Assembly (NCBI GenBank): GCA_965644295.1
Contig: CBFFRP010000145.1
Span: 1 to 64,000 of the forward strand
Reading direction: 5' to 3'
DNA from: Paraphysomonas bandaiensis
Taxonomy: Eukaryota > Protista > Chrysophyceae
Length of the DNA stretch: 64,000 bases
Both the position numbers and the translations under genes were made by a program. Below, piece after piece: positions 1 to 11,097 of this stretch. Each line of letters begins with the position of its first letter. Positions within the stretch are counted from its first letter, which is position 1. The notes beneath the pieces were generated by a model. That model had not been told where the DNA came from and searched no databases. It saw only the letters and a list, made by a program, of their open reading frames with translations.

Positions 1-3000
1 TCGATTCCCACCTCCACCCCTACCTCCATACCATCATCCATACCGACATCTGTTCCCACTTCTATTCCTACATCATTACCAACATCCGTTCCCACTTCTG
101 TTCCTACCTCTATGCCAACCTCATTGCCTACCTCGATACCGACATCCGTTCCAACATCTGTACCGACCTCTATGCCATCGTCCGTTCCTACGTCAGTACC
201 GACATCTGTCCCTACCTCGATTCCCACCTCCACCCCTACCTCCATACCATCTTCCATACCGACATCAGTTCCCACTTCTATTCCTACATCATTACCAACA
301 TCTGTTCCCACTTCTGTTCCTACCTCTATGCCAACCTCATTGCCTACCTCGATACCGACATCCGTTCCAACATCTGTACCGACCTCTATGCCATCGTCCG
401 TTCCTACGTCGTTACCGACATCTGTCCCTACCTCGATTCCCACCTCCACCCCTACCTCCATACCATCGTCCATACCGACATCTGTTCCCACTTCTATTCC
501 TACATCATTACCAACATCCGTTCCCACTTCTGTTCCTACCTCTATGCCAACCTCATTGCCTACATCTGTTCCCACTTCTGTTCCAACATCTGTACCGACC
601 TCTATGCCATCGTCCGTTCCTACGTCGGTACCGACATCTGTCCCTACCTCGATTCCCACCTCCACCCCTACCTCCATACCATCGTCCATACCGACATCTG
701 TTCCCACTTCTATTCCTACATCATTACCAACATCTGTTCCCACTTCTGTTCCTACCTCTATGCCAACCTCATTGCCTACCTCGATACCGACATCCGTTCC
801 AACATCTGTACCGACCTCTATGCCATCGTCCGTTCCTACGTCAGTACCGACATCTGTCCCTACCTCGATTCCCACCTCCAGCCCTACCTCCATACCATCT
901 TCCATACCGACATCTGTTCCCACTTCTATTCCTACATCATTACCAACATCTGTTCCCACTTCTGTTCCTACCTCTATGCCAACCTCATTGCCTACCTCGA
1001 TACCGACATCCGTTCCAACATCTGTACCGACCTCTATGCCATCGTCCGTTCCTACGTCAGTACCGACATCTGTCCCTACCTCGATTCCCACCTCCACCCC
1101 TACCTCCATACCATCGTCCATACCGACATCTGTTCCCACTTCTATTCCTACATCATTACCAACATCCGTTCCCACTTCTGTTCCTACCTCTATGCCAACC
1201 TCATTGCCTACATCTGTTCCCACTTCTGTTCCAACATCTGTACCGACCTCTATGCCATCGTCCGTTCCTACGTCGGTACCGACATCTGTCCCTACCTCGA
1301 TTCCCACCTCCACCCCTACCTCCATACCATCGTCCATACCGACATCTGTTCCCACTTCTATTCCTACATCATTACCAACATCCGTTCCCACTTCTGTTCC
1401 TACCTCTATGCCAACCTCATTGCCTACCTCGATACCGACATCCGTTCCAACATCTGTACCGACCTCTATGCCATCGTCCGTCCCTACGTCGGTACCGACA
1501 TCTGTCCCTACCTCGATTCCCACCTCCACCCCTACCTCCATACCATCGTCCATACCGACATCTGTTCCCACTTCTATTCCTACATCATTACCAACATCTG
1601 TTCCCACTTCTGTTCCTACCTCTATGCCAACCTCATTGCCTACATCTGTTCCCACTTCTGTTCCAACATCTGTACCGACCTCTATGCCATCGTCCGTCCC
1701 TACGTCGTTACCGACATCTGTCCCTACCTCGATTCCCACCTCCACCCCTACCTCAATACCATCATCCATACCGACATCAGTTCCCACTTCTATTCCTACA
1801 TCATTACCAACATCCGTTCCAACGTCTTTACCGACCTCTATGCCATCGTCCGTCCCTACGTCGGTACCGACATCTGTCCCTACCTCGCTACCCACCTCCC
1901 GCCCTACCTCCATACCATCGTCCATACCGACATCTGTTCCCACTTCTATTCCTACATCATTACCAACATCCGTTCCAACGTCTTTACCGACCTCTATGCC
2001 ATCGTCCGTCCCTACGTCGGTACCGACATCTGTCCCTACCTCGCTACCCACCTCCCGCCCTACCTCCATACCATCGTCCATACCGACATCTGTTCCCACT
2101 TCTATTCCTACATCATTACCAACATCCGTTCCCACTTCTGTTCCTACCTCTATGCCAACCTCATTGCCTACATCTGTTCCCACTTCTGTTCCAACATCTG
2201 TACCGACCTCTATGCCATCGTCCGTTCCTACGTCAGTACCGACATCTGTCCCTACCTCGATTCCCACCTCCAGCCCTACCTCCATACCATCGTCCATACC
2301 GACATCTGTTCCCACTTCTATTCCTACATCATTACCAACATCCGTTCCCACTTCTGTTCCTACCTCTATGCCAACCTCATTGCCTACCTCGATACCGACA
2401 TCCGTTCCAACATCTGTACCGACCTCTATGCCATCGTCCGTTCCTACGTCAGTACCGACATCTGTCCCTACCTCGATTCCCACCTCCAGCCCTACCTCCA
2501 TACCATCGTCCATACCGACATCTGTTCCCACTTCTATTCCTACATCATTACCAACATCTGTTCCCACTTCTGTTCCTACCTCTATGCCAACCTCATTGCC
2601 TACATCTGTTCCTACATCATTACCAACATCTGTACCGACCTCTATGCCATCGTCCGTTCCTACGTCAGTACCGACATCTGTCCCTACCTCGATTCCCACC
2701 TCCAGCCCTACCTCCATACCATCGTCCATACCGACATCTGTTCCCACTTCTATTCCTACATCATTACCAACATCCGTTCCCACTTCTGTTCCTACCTCTA
2801 TGCCAACCTCATTGCCTACATCTGTTCCCACTTCTGTTCCAACATCTGTACCGACCTCTATGCCATCGTCCGTTCCTACGTCGGTACCGACATCTGTCCC
2901 TACCTCGATTCCCACCTCCACCCCTACCTCCATACCATCGTCCATACCGACATCTGTTCCCACTTCTATTCCTACATCATTACCAACATCTGTTCCCACT

Positions 3001-5400
3001 TCTGTTCCTACCTCTATGCCAACCTCATTGCCTACATCTGTTCCTACATCATTACCAACATCTGTACCGACCTCTATGCCATCGTCCGTTCCTACGTCAG
3101 TACCGACATCTGTCCCTACCTCGATTCCCACCTCCAGCCCTACCTCCATACCATCGTCCATACCGACATCTGTTCCCACTTCTATTCCTACATCATTACC
3201 AACATCCGTTCCCACTTCTGTTCCTACCTCTATGCCAACCTCATTGCCTACATCTGTTCCTACTTCTGTGCCAACATCTGTACCGACCTCTATGCCATCG
3301 CCCGTTCCTACGTCAGTACCGACATCTGTCCCTACCTCGATTCCCACCTCCACCCCTACCTCCATACCATCGTCCATACCGACATCAGTTCCCACTTCTA
3401 TTCCTACATCATTACCAACATCCGTTCCCACTTCTGTTCCTACCTCTATGCCAACCTCATTGCCTACATCCGTTCCCACTTCTGTTCCCACTTCTGTACC
3501 GACCTCTATGCCATCGTCCGTTCCTACGTCGGTACCGACATCTGTCCCTACCTCGATTCCCACCTCCACCCCTACCTCCATACCATCTTCCATACCGACA
3601 TCTGTTCCCACTTCTATTCCTACATCATTACCAACATCCGTTCCCACTTCTGTTCCTACCTCTATGCCAACCTCATTGCCTACATCTGTTCCTACATCAT
3701 TACCAACATCTGTACCGACCTCTATGCCATCGTCCGTTCCTACGTCAGTACCGACATCTGTCCCTACCTCGATTCCCACCTCCACCCCTACCTCCATACC
3801 ATCGTCCATACCGACATCTGTTCCCACTTCTATTCCTACATCATTACCAACATCCGTTCCCACTTCTGTTCCTACCTCTATGCCAACCTCATTGCCTACA
3901 TCTGTTCCCACTTCTGTTCCAACATCTGTACCGACCTCTATGCCATCGTCCGTTCCTACGTCGGTACCGACATCTGTCCCTACCTCGATTCCCACCTCCA
4001 CCCCTACCTCCATACCATCGTCCATACCGACATCTGTTCCCACTTCTATTCCTACATCATTACCAACATCCGTTCCCACTTCTGTTCCTACCTCTATGCC
4101 AACCTCATTGCCTACATCTGTTCCTACATCATTACCAACATCTGTACCGACCTCTATGCCATCGTCCGTTCCTACGTCAGTACCGACATCTGTCCCTACC
4201 TCGATTCCCACCTCCACCCCTACCTCCATACCATCGTCCATACCGACATCTGTTCCCACTTCTATTCCTACATCATTACCAACATCCGTTCCCACTTCTG
4301 TTCCTACCTCTATGCCAACCTCATTGCCTACCTCGATACCGACATCCGTTCCAACATCTGTACCGACCTCTATGCCATCGTCCGTCCCTACGTCGGTACC
4401 GACATCTGTCCCTACCTCGATTCCCACCTCTAGCCCTACCTCCATACCATCGTCCATACCGACATCTGTTCCCACTTCTATTCCTACATCATTACCAACA
4501 TCCGTTCCCACTTCTGTTCCTACCTCTATGCCAACCTCATTGCCTACCTCGATACCGACATCCGTTCCAACATCTGTACCGACCTCTATGCCATCGTCCG
4601 TCCCTACGTCGGTACCGACATCTGTCCCTACCTCGCTACCCACCTCCACCCCTACCTCCATACCATCATCCATACCGACATCTGTTCCCACTTCTATTCC
4701 TACATCCGTTCCCACTTCTGTTCCTACCTCTATGCCAACCTCATTGCCTACCTCGATACCTACATCCGTTCCCACTTCTGTTCCAACATCTGTACCGACC
4801 TCTATGCCATCGTCCGTTCCTACGTCGGTACCGACATCTGTCCCTACCTCGATTCCCACCTCCAGCCCTACCTCCATACCATCGTCCATACCGACATCTG
4901 TTCCCACTTCTATTCCTACATCATTACCAACATCCGTTCCCACTTCTGTTCCTACCTCTATGCCAACCTCATTGCCTACATCTGTTCCCACTTCTGTTCC
5001 AACATCTGTACCGACCTCTATGCCATCGTCCGTTCCTACGTCGGTTCCTACCTCGATTCCCACCTCCAGCCCTACCTCCACCCCTACCTCCATACCATCG
5101 TCCATACCGACATCTGTTCCTACTTCTATTCCTACATCATTACCAACATCCGTTCCAACATCTCTACCGACCTCTACGCCATCGTCCGTTCCTACGTCGG
5201 TACCAACATCTGTACCGACCTCTATGCCATCGTCCGTTCCTACGTCGGTTCCTACGTCAGTTCCTACTTCTTTTCCGACTTCTGTTCCGACCTCAACTCC
5301 TACCTCCATACCATCGTCCATACCGACGTCTGTTCCTACAGCGATACCAACATCAGTTCCCACTTCTGTTCCTACTTCGATGCCCACCTCCACCCCTACA
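1..5400 (+). repeat. Coding minisatellite: 12-bp unit organised into a 216-bp (72-aa) higher-order repeat
   Basis: The marker tcgattcccacctcc recurs at 1, 217, 433, 649, 865 and 1081 (period 216 = 18 x 12 bp). The array degenerates after ~5100-5400. Confidence 0.95.
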
Positions 5401-6525
5401 TCAGTTCCATCTGCACTACCGACATCTGTTCCAACATCGATTCCAACATGTGTACCAACTTCAAATCCAACATCGATACCTACATCAGTTCCAACGTCCG
5501 TTCCGACATCTCTTCCTACTTCTATTCCCACAGCAATTCCTTCTGGGGTACCAACATCGAATCCTACATCGGTACCAACGTCTGTGCCGACATATATTCC
5601 TTCCGCCATTCCTACTTCAGTGCCAACTGCGCTTCCCACCGGTTCACCAACATCTATTCCGACTTCGGTTCCAACATCTCTCCCCACATGTATTCCGACA
5701 TCCGTTCCAACTTCTGTACCTACATCGGTCCCAACGTCAGTCCCTACAGCTACCCCATCAAGTATTCCTTCGGGAGAGCCCACATATTTACCAACAACAG
5801 CTGTCCCGACTTCTAATCCTACGAAGAAGCCAACTAATACCCCGACAGCTACTCCTACCAGAACTCCAACATTTCATCCCACTTTTACTCCTACGTTGAA
5901 ACCAGTTCTACCGAAAAAGCCAACCGTAGCGCCGAGCATTCGATCTCCTAACCAACCATCGAAAAGCCCAACCTTGAGGCCAACGATTCACCCAACAATT
6001 ACATTTTCACCCACATATGAGCCAACGCCGTCTAACCCTACTCGTGAGCCGTCCGCCTTTCCGTCCGGGAGCCCAAGTACAGTTCCATCAAAAGTTCCGA
6101 CTAGTATCCCAACCAGACTACCTTCCTCCGAGCCATCTGGTGTCCCATTGGCAAACCCAACTTCAATTCCTTCCTGGTTGCCAAGTTCTACACCATCAGG
6201 AATGCCGACTTTATCTCCTTCTGCCCCTTCACCTGCGCCCATAAACAACTCTCCAACGCCTCCACCGACTACTACTCCAACACGAAATCCAACAAGTGCT
6301 CCAACCAAATCTCCAGTTTCAGTGGCGCCAACTTTCCAACCTACGACTTCGGTAAAGGTACCCACTGGACGGAGAGGCCTTAATCCTACCGCTGCACCAA
6401 GTAGTTTGCAATGGCCAATACCAGCAACAAATCCTCCAACGACAACTTCTCCTTCGAAAATTCCATTTGTAGTCGTTGATAGGCGTCCGACAAAGCGACC
6501 CGTATTCAGTCTGTACTTCGGCTGA
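1..6525 (+). CDS. Giant Pro/Thr/Ser-rich mucin-like protein (PTS[V/I/L/M] tetrapeptide repeats); 5' end lies outside the window
   Basis: The frame is open from base 1 (tcg att ccc acc = SIPT) to the stop at 6525, giving >2100 aa. Synonymous codon variation among repeats with no stops or frameshifts supports real coding. The C-terminal region has PTxxP repeats typical of stramenopile extracellular proteins. Confidence 0.85.
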   Translation, partial: SIPTSTPTSIPSSIPTSVPTSIPTSLPTSVPTSVPTSMPTSLPTSIPTSVPTSVPTSMPSSVPTSVPTSVPTSIPTSTPTSIPSSIPTSVPTSIPTSLPTSVPTSVPTSMPTSLPTSIPTSVPTSVPTSMPSSVPTSLPTSVPTSIPTSTPTSIPSSIPTSVPTSIPTSLPTSVPTSVPTSMPTSLPTSVPTSVPTSVPTSMPSSVPTSVPTSVPTSIPTSTPTSIPSSIPTSVPTSIPTSLPTSVPTSVPTSMPTSLPTSIPTSVPTSVPTSMPSSVPTSVPTSVPTSIPTSSPTSIPSSIPTSVPTSIPTSLPTSVPTSVPTSMPTSLPTSIPTSVPTSVPTSMPSSVPTSVPTSVPTSIPTSTPTSIPSSIPTSVPTSIPTSLPTSVPTSVPTSMPTSLPTSVPTSVPTSVPTSMPSSVPTSVPTSVPTSIPTSTPTSIPSSIPTSVPTSIPTSLPTSVPTSVPTSMPTSLPTSIPTSVPTSVPTSMPSSVPTSVPTSVPTSIPTSTPTSIPSSIPTSVPTSIPTSLPTSVPTSVPTSMPTSLPTSVPTSVPTSVPTSMPSSVPTSLPTSVPTSIPTSTPTSIPSSIPTSVPTSIPTSLPTSVPTSLPTSMPSSVPTSVPTSVPTSLPTSRPTSIPSSIPTSVPTSIPTSLPTSVPTSLPTSMPSSVPTSVPTSVPTSLPTSRPTSIPSSIPTSVPTSIPTSLPTSVPTSVPTSMPTSLPTSVPTSVPTSVPTSMPSSVPTSVPTSVPTSIPTSSPTSIPSSIPTSVPTSIPTSLPTSVPTSVPTSMPTSLPTSIPTSVPTSVPTSMPSSVPTSVPTSVPTSIPTSSPTSIPSSIPTSVPTSIPTSLPTSVPTSVPTSMPTSLPTSVPTSLPTSVPTSMPSSVPTSVPTSVPTSIPTSSPTSIPSSIPTSVPTSIPTSLPTSVPTSVPTSMPTSLPTSVPTSVPTSVPTSMPSSVPTSVPTSVPTSIPTSTPTSIPSSIPTSVPTSIPTSLPTSVPTSVPTSMPTSLPTSVPTSLPTSVPTSMPSSVPTSVPTSVPTSIPTSSPTSIPSSIPTSVPTSIPTSLPTSVPTSVPTSMPTSLPTSVPTSVPTSVPTSMPSPVPTSVPTSVPTSIPTSTPTSIPSSIPTSVPTSIPTSLPTSVPTSVPTSMPTSLPTSVPTSVPTSVPTSMPSSVPTSVPTSVPTSIPTSTPTSIPSSIPTSVPTSIPTSLPTSVPTSVPTSMPTSLPTSVPTSLPTSVPTSMPSSVPTSVPTSVPTSIPTSTPTSIPSSIPTSVPTSIPTSLPTSVPTSVPTSMPTSLPTSVPTSVPTSVPTSMPSSVPTSVPTSVPTSIPTSTPTSIPSSIPTSVPTSIPTSLPTSVPTSVPTSMPTSLPTSVPTSLPTSVPTSMPSSVPTSVPTSVPTSIPTSTPTSIPSSIPTSVPTSIPTSLPTSVPTSVPTSMPTSLPTSIPTSVPTSVPTSMPSSVPTSVPTSVPTSIPTSSPTSIPSSIPTSVPTSIPTSLPTSVPTSVPTSMPTSLPTSIPTSVPTSVPTSMPSSVPTSVPTSVPTSLPTSTPTSIPSSIPTSVPTSIPTSVPTSVPTSMPTSLPTSIPTSVPTSVPTSVPTSMPSSVPTSVPTSVPTSIPTSSPTSIPSSIPTSVPTSIPTSLPTSVPTSVPTSMPTSLPTSVPTSVPTSVPTSMPSSVPTSVPTSIPTSSPTSTPTSIPSSIPTSVPTSIPTSLPTSVPTSLPTSTPSSVPTSVPTSVPTSMPSSVPTSVPTSVPTSFPTSVPTSTPTSIPSSIPTSVPTAIPTSVPTSVPTSMPTSTPTSVPSALPTSVPTSIPTCVPTSNPTSIPTSVPTSVPTSLPTSIPTAIPSGVPTSNPTSVPTSVPTYIPSAIPTSVPTALPTGSPTSIPTSVPTSLPTCIPTSVPTSVPTSVPTSVPTATPSSIPSGEPTYLPTTAVPTSNPTKKPTNTPTATPTRTPTFHPTFTPTLKPVLPKKPTVAPSIRSPNQPSKSPTLRPTIHPTITFSPTYEPTPSNPTREPSAFPSGSPSTVPSKVPTSIPTRLPSSEPSGVPLANPTSIPSWLPSSTPSGMPTLSPSAPSPAPINNSPTPPPTTTPTRNPTSAPTKSPVSVAPTFQPTTSVKVPTGRRGLNPTAAPSSLQWPIPATNPPTTTSPSKIPFVVVDRRPTKRPVFSLYFG

Positions 6526-7016
6526 AATTCTGTTCTTGGCTTCGTCAGCCCCGACTATTCCTGTTTGTTTTATATGCTATTCATATAAAGCGCATTAAGA
6601 TTCTAATACTGTTATCAAAGCCGATTCAAATGAGAATTTCCGAAACTCTCTGAACTTCTTGTTCCTATTTGTGTATATCGGTAACAGTCAAAAAAAGGTA
6701 TTGGAGAACGTTACATTATTACTACCTAAACTATTGGGTATGAAGATAACTTCCAGTTATGCAATATATTTCACGTTTATTGACGATATTATTTATTTTA
6801 TAACATTGGTGTTTTAATGATATTTAATAAATTTTTCACAGTGCATTTGGTTTAGGCCATTTTTGCAGCTATTGTTGGCGTATCCCACATGGTTGCTTGT
6901 GGTTCAACAGTATATACGATACATCAGATGATAAATCATATACGTAAGCCTGATTAAATCATATATGTAAAAAAACTATAAGTATGCAGGATAGTTGATA
7001 TTTGCATTAAATGTCG

Positions 7017-7379
7017 TCAACAAAGTCGGACTCACACCTTTTCATGGTGTTCTGGGGATAAGTACCGGAGATATTTCTCCAGGAAACTAATGTGAGCCGC
7101 ATATGTAGTCAGCAGATATTGTTCTGCCCACTCATAGCCTAATACTTGTGTGGTACAACTTAGGAGCACTAATAAGTGTCACTTGTGTAGACGTCTTTGG
7201 ACCTTGACGAATAAACAGGTATCCGGGAATGGGCCCACCTCAAGGGCACCCGGGGTATTGGGCTGCCTACTGAAGTCAAACATCCGGGCTGTTGACCTTA
7301 AGAACTGAAAAATCCTGATGTCAACAGATGTGAGGTATATCAAAATTCTGCTTTGCTCACGACGTTTGCTTTGAGTGAT
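7017..7379 (+). repeat. Unclassified dispersed repeat family A, copy 1 (~360 bp)
   Basis: Colinear similarity to 37087-37401 (+) and 51220-51607 (-): tggtgttctggggataagtaccggaga...gtcagcagatattgttctg...ccgggaatggg...ttgctcac. Confidence 0.9.
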
Positions 7380-8779
7380 AGAGCGCAGTGGTAACACCTT
7401 GGTACTTGCGGTGACGCACAAGCAGCTTTCGTAGCTCTAAATATCTAAATTCTAAATATAGTATGACATAAGAGTTAAGCACTAGTTAGTTAAAATGTTT
7501 TGCTACATTAGTTCTAACTCTTACACGCCTATTGCTAATAATCAGTCATTCACCACTATGCATTAAATAAAACGCATTCTTATCTAACATAGCTCAGAAG
7601 TATTGGTCTAAAAAAGCAATGTATTTTCTTATCCTGACTTGGGTTCAACAGAACATTCACATCCGCACTGGGAATATAAGAATATATAGACATGCAACCT
7701 CAACGTTCTGTTTGAGAAAGAAGATATTTTTTATTAATTATGATATTGACAGTTTAACGGCGCTATTGTTATATTATACTACACAAGGCTACGCAACGGG
7801 CAATGACGAATCAACTTTCAAATGCACTGCAAAATATATTCGGTCCTTTGGCCGATGTCGAAGACCAGAATGACATCAATGCAAGTGGTCTGTATTCAAA
7901 ACACAGTCTATACAGCAATACTTCAAGCATTATACTCGAGAGTTCAAATGCCACAGCTCATGCTGAAGGCGATTGGGAGCAGTGGCCCTCACTCCTTTCA
8001 GGGATAGGATCACGTCGTGCTTAGCAACACTGGGTCGACCAGTTCTTTTGTTGGTGTACCTTCTGCGGTGCAGGGGTGCAGTTGTCGCTGTTATTGACAA
8101 TGAGGTTTCATTGCGTTGAGTTCATTCGCACAGATGTCACTCCATTGCACAGTCACTCGTATAACTGACTCACTGACATACAGTGCCACAACTACCAGTC
8201 CATAGTATCATATCGAGGTAGCCAAATCGTATACAGTCAATATCCGTATGACATCATCAGCTTAATATCTAGATATCAGTGTTGTCTTGCTGTGTGTCAC
8301 CGTCACCTCCATGCCTTCATGCTCACTCATACCCAGATATACAGTGCAGCATGCGATATATTGCTAACTTTTATCATCACTTTCACAAAAATCACCCAAA
8401 ATGAGGATTTTTGCATAACCCCCCCGATTTTATATAAACCTACACCTACGAAGTCTAAATTCGTTCACCATAATGAGAGTATCCACCATACATACATACA
8501 GTGGCAACATATTGCTGTAAAGAATACATGCTACATACTGCTGTGTGTACATACGTACAAACAACACACCACCCCTGTGGTACAGTAGTAGATATGTACA
8601 GCAGTTCCTACAGTCGTGTAGTCGTTCTCGGCAGCAATGACTAGCTGGCTATCCCATCAGCTTCACCTCCCACTCCTCAGTGCTTCATAGGTAATTCCTT
8701 CCACTCAGTGTTACCATTGAATCCTTGGTAATACTTCCCTATAAAAGCGAGAGCAGCAGGCGTGTAAAATTAATTTAAA

Positions 8780-9332
8780 AGTAAAGGGTGTTGATTAGAT
8801 TATATTTAATTATCTGACGGTGCGTTCAGTGTCTGTTTCAGGAAAGCGCGGAGTTGGTATTCCAGTAATTTTATTGCACGATGCCGAAGGCGGAATTGTC
8901 ACAGTAGAATTGAAGAACGGTGACACGTATAGAGGATTTCTGGATGAGGCGCAGGACAATATGAATTGTACTATGAAAGATTGCACCAAGACCAGTGGTA
9001 ACGGCAAAGAGACTCATGTCCAAATTGCGTATATTCGCGGCTCTCAAATCAGTTTTATTATCATTCCTGATATGCTACAGAAAGCTCCATTTTTTAATAG
9101 AATAAAACTCTGGAGAAAATATAAGGGGCATGCAGTCATGGGAAGCGGAGAGGCTATTGGTCCTCCCATGCGTGGTCAGGCGGCCGCTATTGCCAATAAA
9201 ACTCGTCAGAGACGATTAGAAGGTCAAGGTATGGGTGGAAGGGGAATGGGTGCCCCTGTCGGAAGAGGACCTCCTGGCCCTCCCATGCCTATGGGAGGGG
9301 GTGGGCATTATGGTCCAGGTGGGAGAAGATAA
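8780..9332 (+). CDS. SNRPD3: Small nuclear ribonucleoprotein Sm D3
   Basis: GIPVILLHDAEGGIVTVELKNGDTYRGFLDEAQDNMNC...YIRGSQISFIIIPDMLQKAPFF is the SmD3 Sm1/Sm2 signature, followed by an RG/G/P-rich tail. There is no in-frame ATG; the proposed start is A(8780)|intron 8781-8829|TG. Confidence 0.93.
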
Positions 9333-10698
9333 ATGAATAGCACAGATGCTTTTGACTAGAAATTATTTTGATAGTGTTTGTCAGCTCTGAAAAAGTAAGT
9401 TTGAATCTAATAAGAAAAATAAGTCGTAACTACTGGTTGTATTGAGATGTGTTATTTGTTTACGATTAATTTTGCGGTGTCACTGCCGAGGTAACGTTTT
9501 GTCATTGAAAGGTGAACGGACAAATTAACTTCGTATGATTTATTTTCTCTTCCACTTAAACTACTACTAGCTATTGTAAATATTGAATTTGTATTGATTT
9601 GCTAATAGTGTTGCGATTCTTGTATTGTTACGACATGTAAATCTCCCCCGGATAGGCCGATAGTCAGGTACAGATACTTCACACGTATGAGTGTCTGAAT
9701 TCTCATCGAGTTCTATTCTGACTAGAAAAAACGGGAAATATAATTTAACCTAGTGACACTAATTTTAGTGTAAAACCTAGTCCAATAACGAATAACTCAA
9801 TATCTGCATTCATTCATCATAGATGGCTAGGTATATACGTAAATACCATAAACCATAAACACTAGATTGACTAAGATGGTAAATAGCCATCCTAGTCAAC
9901 AAAGTCATTGCAAACTGAAAATATGAATTATTTAATTCCTTGATTTTCAACCCTTGACTAGAAGTGTTTACACTATTTTGACTAGGTTCAATAATAGATC
10001 CCAGCAAACACTATTTAAAAGACTTTTTTCATTTGGATTTTTGTGTATCGCCCCTTCGTGTTGCAGGGTTAACAACTTAGGAAAATTATATAGCATAATT
10101 CTCCTTGAGTTACTATCTTACAGGGGTCATTTTCACTGTAGTACTAGATTCTAGATATTCAGGGAATTTTACCACATATACTTTCCAGATAGCTAGTATA
10201 TCTAAGAAGGAAAAATATGTACTTCTGAGGCACTTATTGCCCATGAGTGTGTAACTAAATCACAGTGCATGGTAGTACTCAATCTACAATTAATATACAA
10301 GAAGCAATTACTTACAGCAGAGCATCAAACTTACGACGCTGCTAAGTAAATCAAGTGAAAGTAGAATCAGGATAGCATCTGTCCTACATGTGAATGTATT
10401 ATCGCTGATGAACCACACATATCACTTCACCACACAGTACATGCTGTTCTATAAATAACTCTCGATCTTTTCTAGTTCTTGTAGTGTACTTAATCGAATG
10501 CTGTCTTCTGTCGAATGTTCAGAGCATAGATTCAAATCTTGACATTAACGACAGCCCCATCCTCTTACGATAGCACATAAGTTTTTTCTCCGGCTAGCTG
10601 GGGTCTTCATATACATGGGCGATGGTTCGTCAAGTGACAGCAGTAACCGTAACTCTATTTATGGCTCCCAAAACTCAGCAGCATATAACATCGTAGAC

Positions 10699-10775
10699 TC
10701 AGAACCCAATTGATCTTCATCTACGTCGGTTGAGCATTCAGAACCCAATTGATCTTTATCTACGTCGGTTGAGCA
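10699..10775. repeat. 39-bp tandem duplication (2 copies)
   Basis: tcagaacccaattgatctt(c/t)atctacgtcggttgagca occurs at 10699 and 10738. Confidence 0.85.
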
Positions 10776-11097
10776 CCCCCACCAATCAAACCATTACCAG
10801 TCAGCTCATATCTCTTTAAGCAACATGTGTTGAGCGATTGCCATAAAACCTGTCGTTAGATTCGATAAAAACTGGGGTTTTAAATATAAAAGCCCCGCTT
10901 TTCTACACCTCAGTATTATTCCAACTTCTCTGTAACTTCGATTGCAGTGAGTAGAGAGGCAGGCAGAGGCAGAGTACGCCACTATCAGAAGAGGCACTGT
11001 GTGTGTATACTTCCAGCGACTGGCTGTATCTGAATGTGTTGATCTGCATATATATACATCTATCTGTTACCCGTGAAGTGACATCACCACCAGCAGC

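Noticed and set aside
1-5400. Repeat array as CRISPR or non-coding satellite
   Set aside because: There are no unique spacers, and the variation preserves frame and is largely synonymous, so it is a coding repeat.
7300-7340. Hammerhead ribozyme core in repeat A (ctgatg...)
   Set aside because: It reads CTGATGTC/CTGAAGTC rather than CUGANGA, and no correctly placed GAAA with flanking stems was found.
7012-7420. Repeat A as a solo LTR with TGT...ACA ends
   Set aside because: No target-site duplication (ttaaa vs agcag), and these ends are not shared by the other copies.
7376-7440. tRNA/SINE head-like sequence gagcgcagtggtaacacc next to repeat A copy 1
   Set aside because: It resembles an A-box only. 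There is no B-box or cloverleaf, and it is absent from the other two copies.
7803-8024. 73-aa ORF between repeat A and SmD3
   Set aside because: It is short, with no motif and no supportable splice model.
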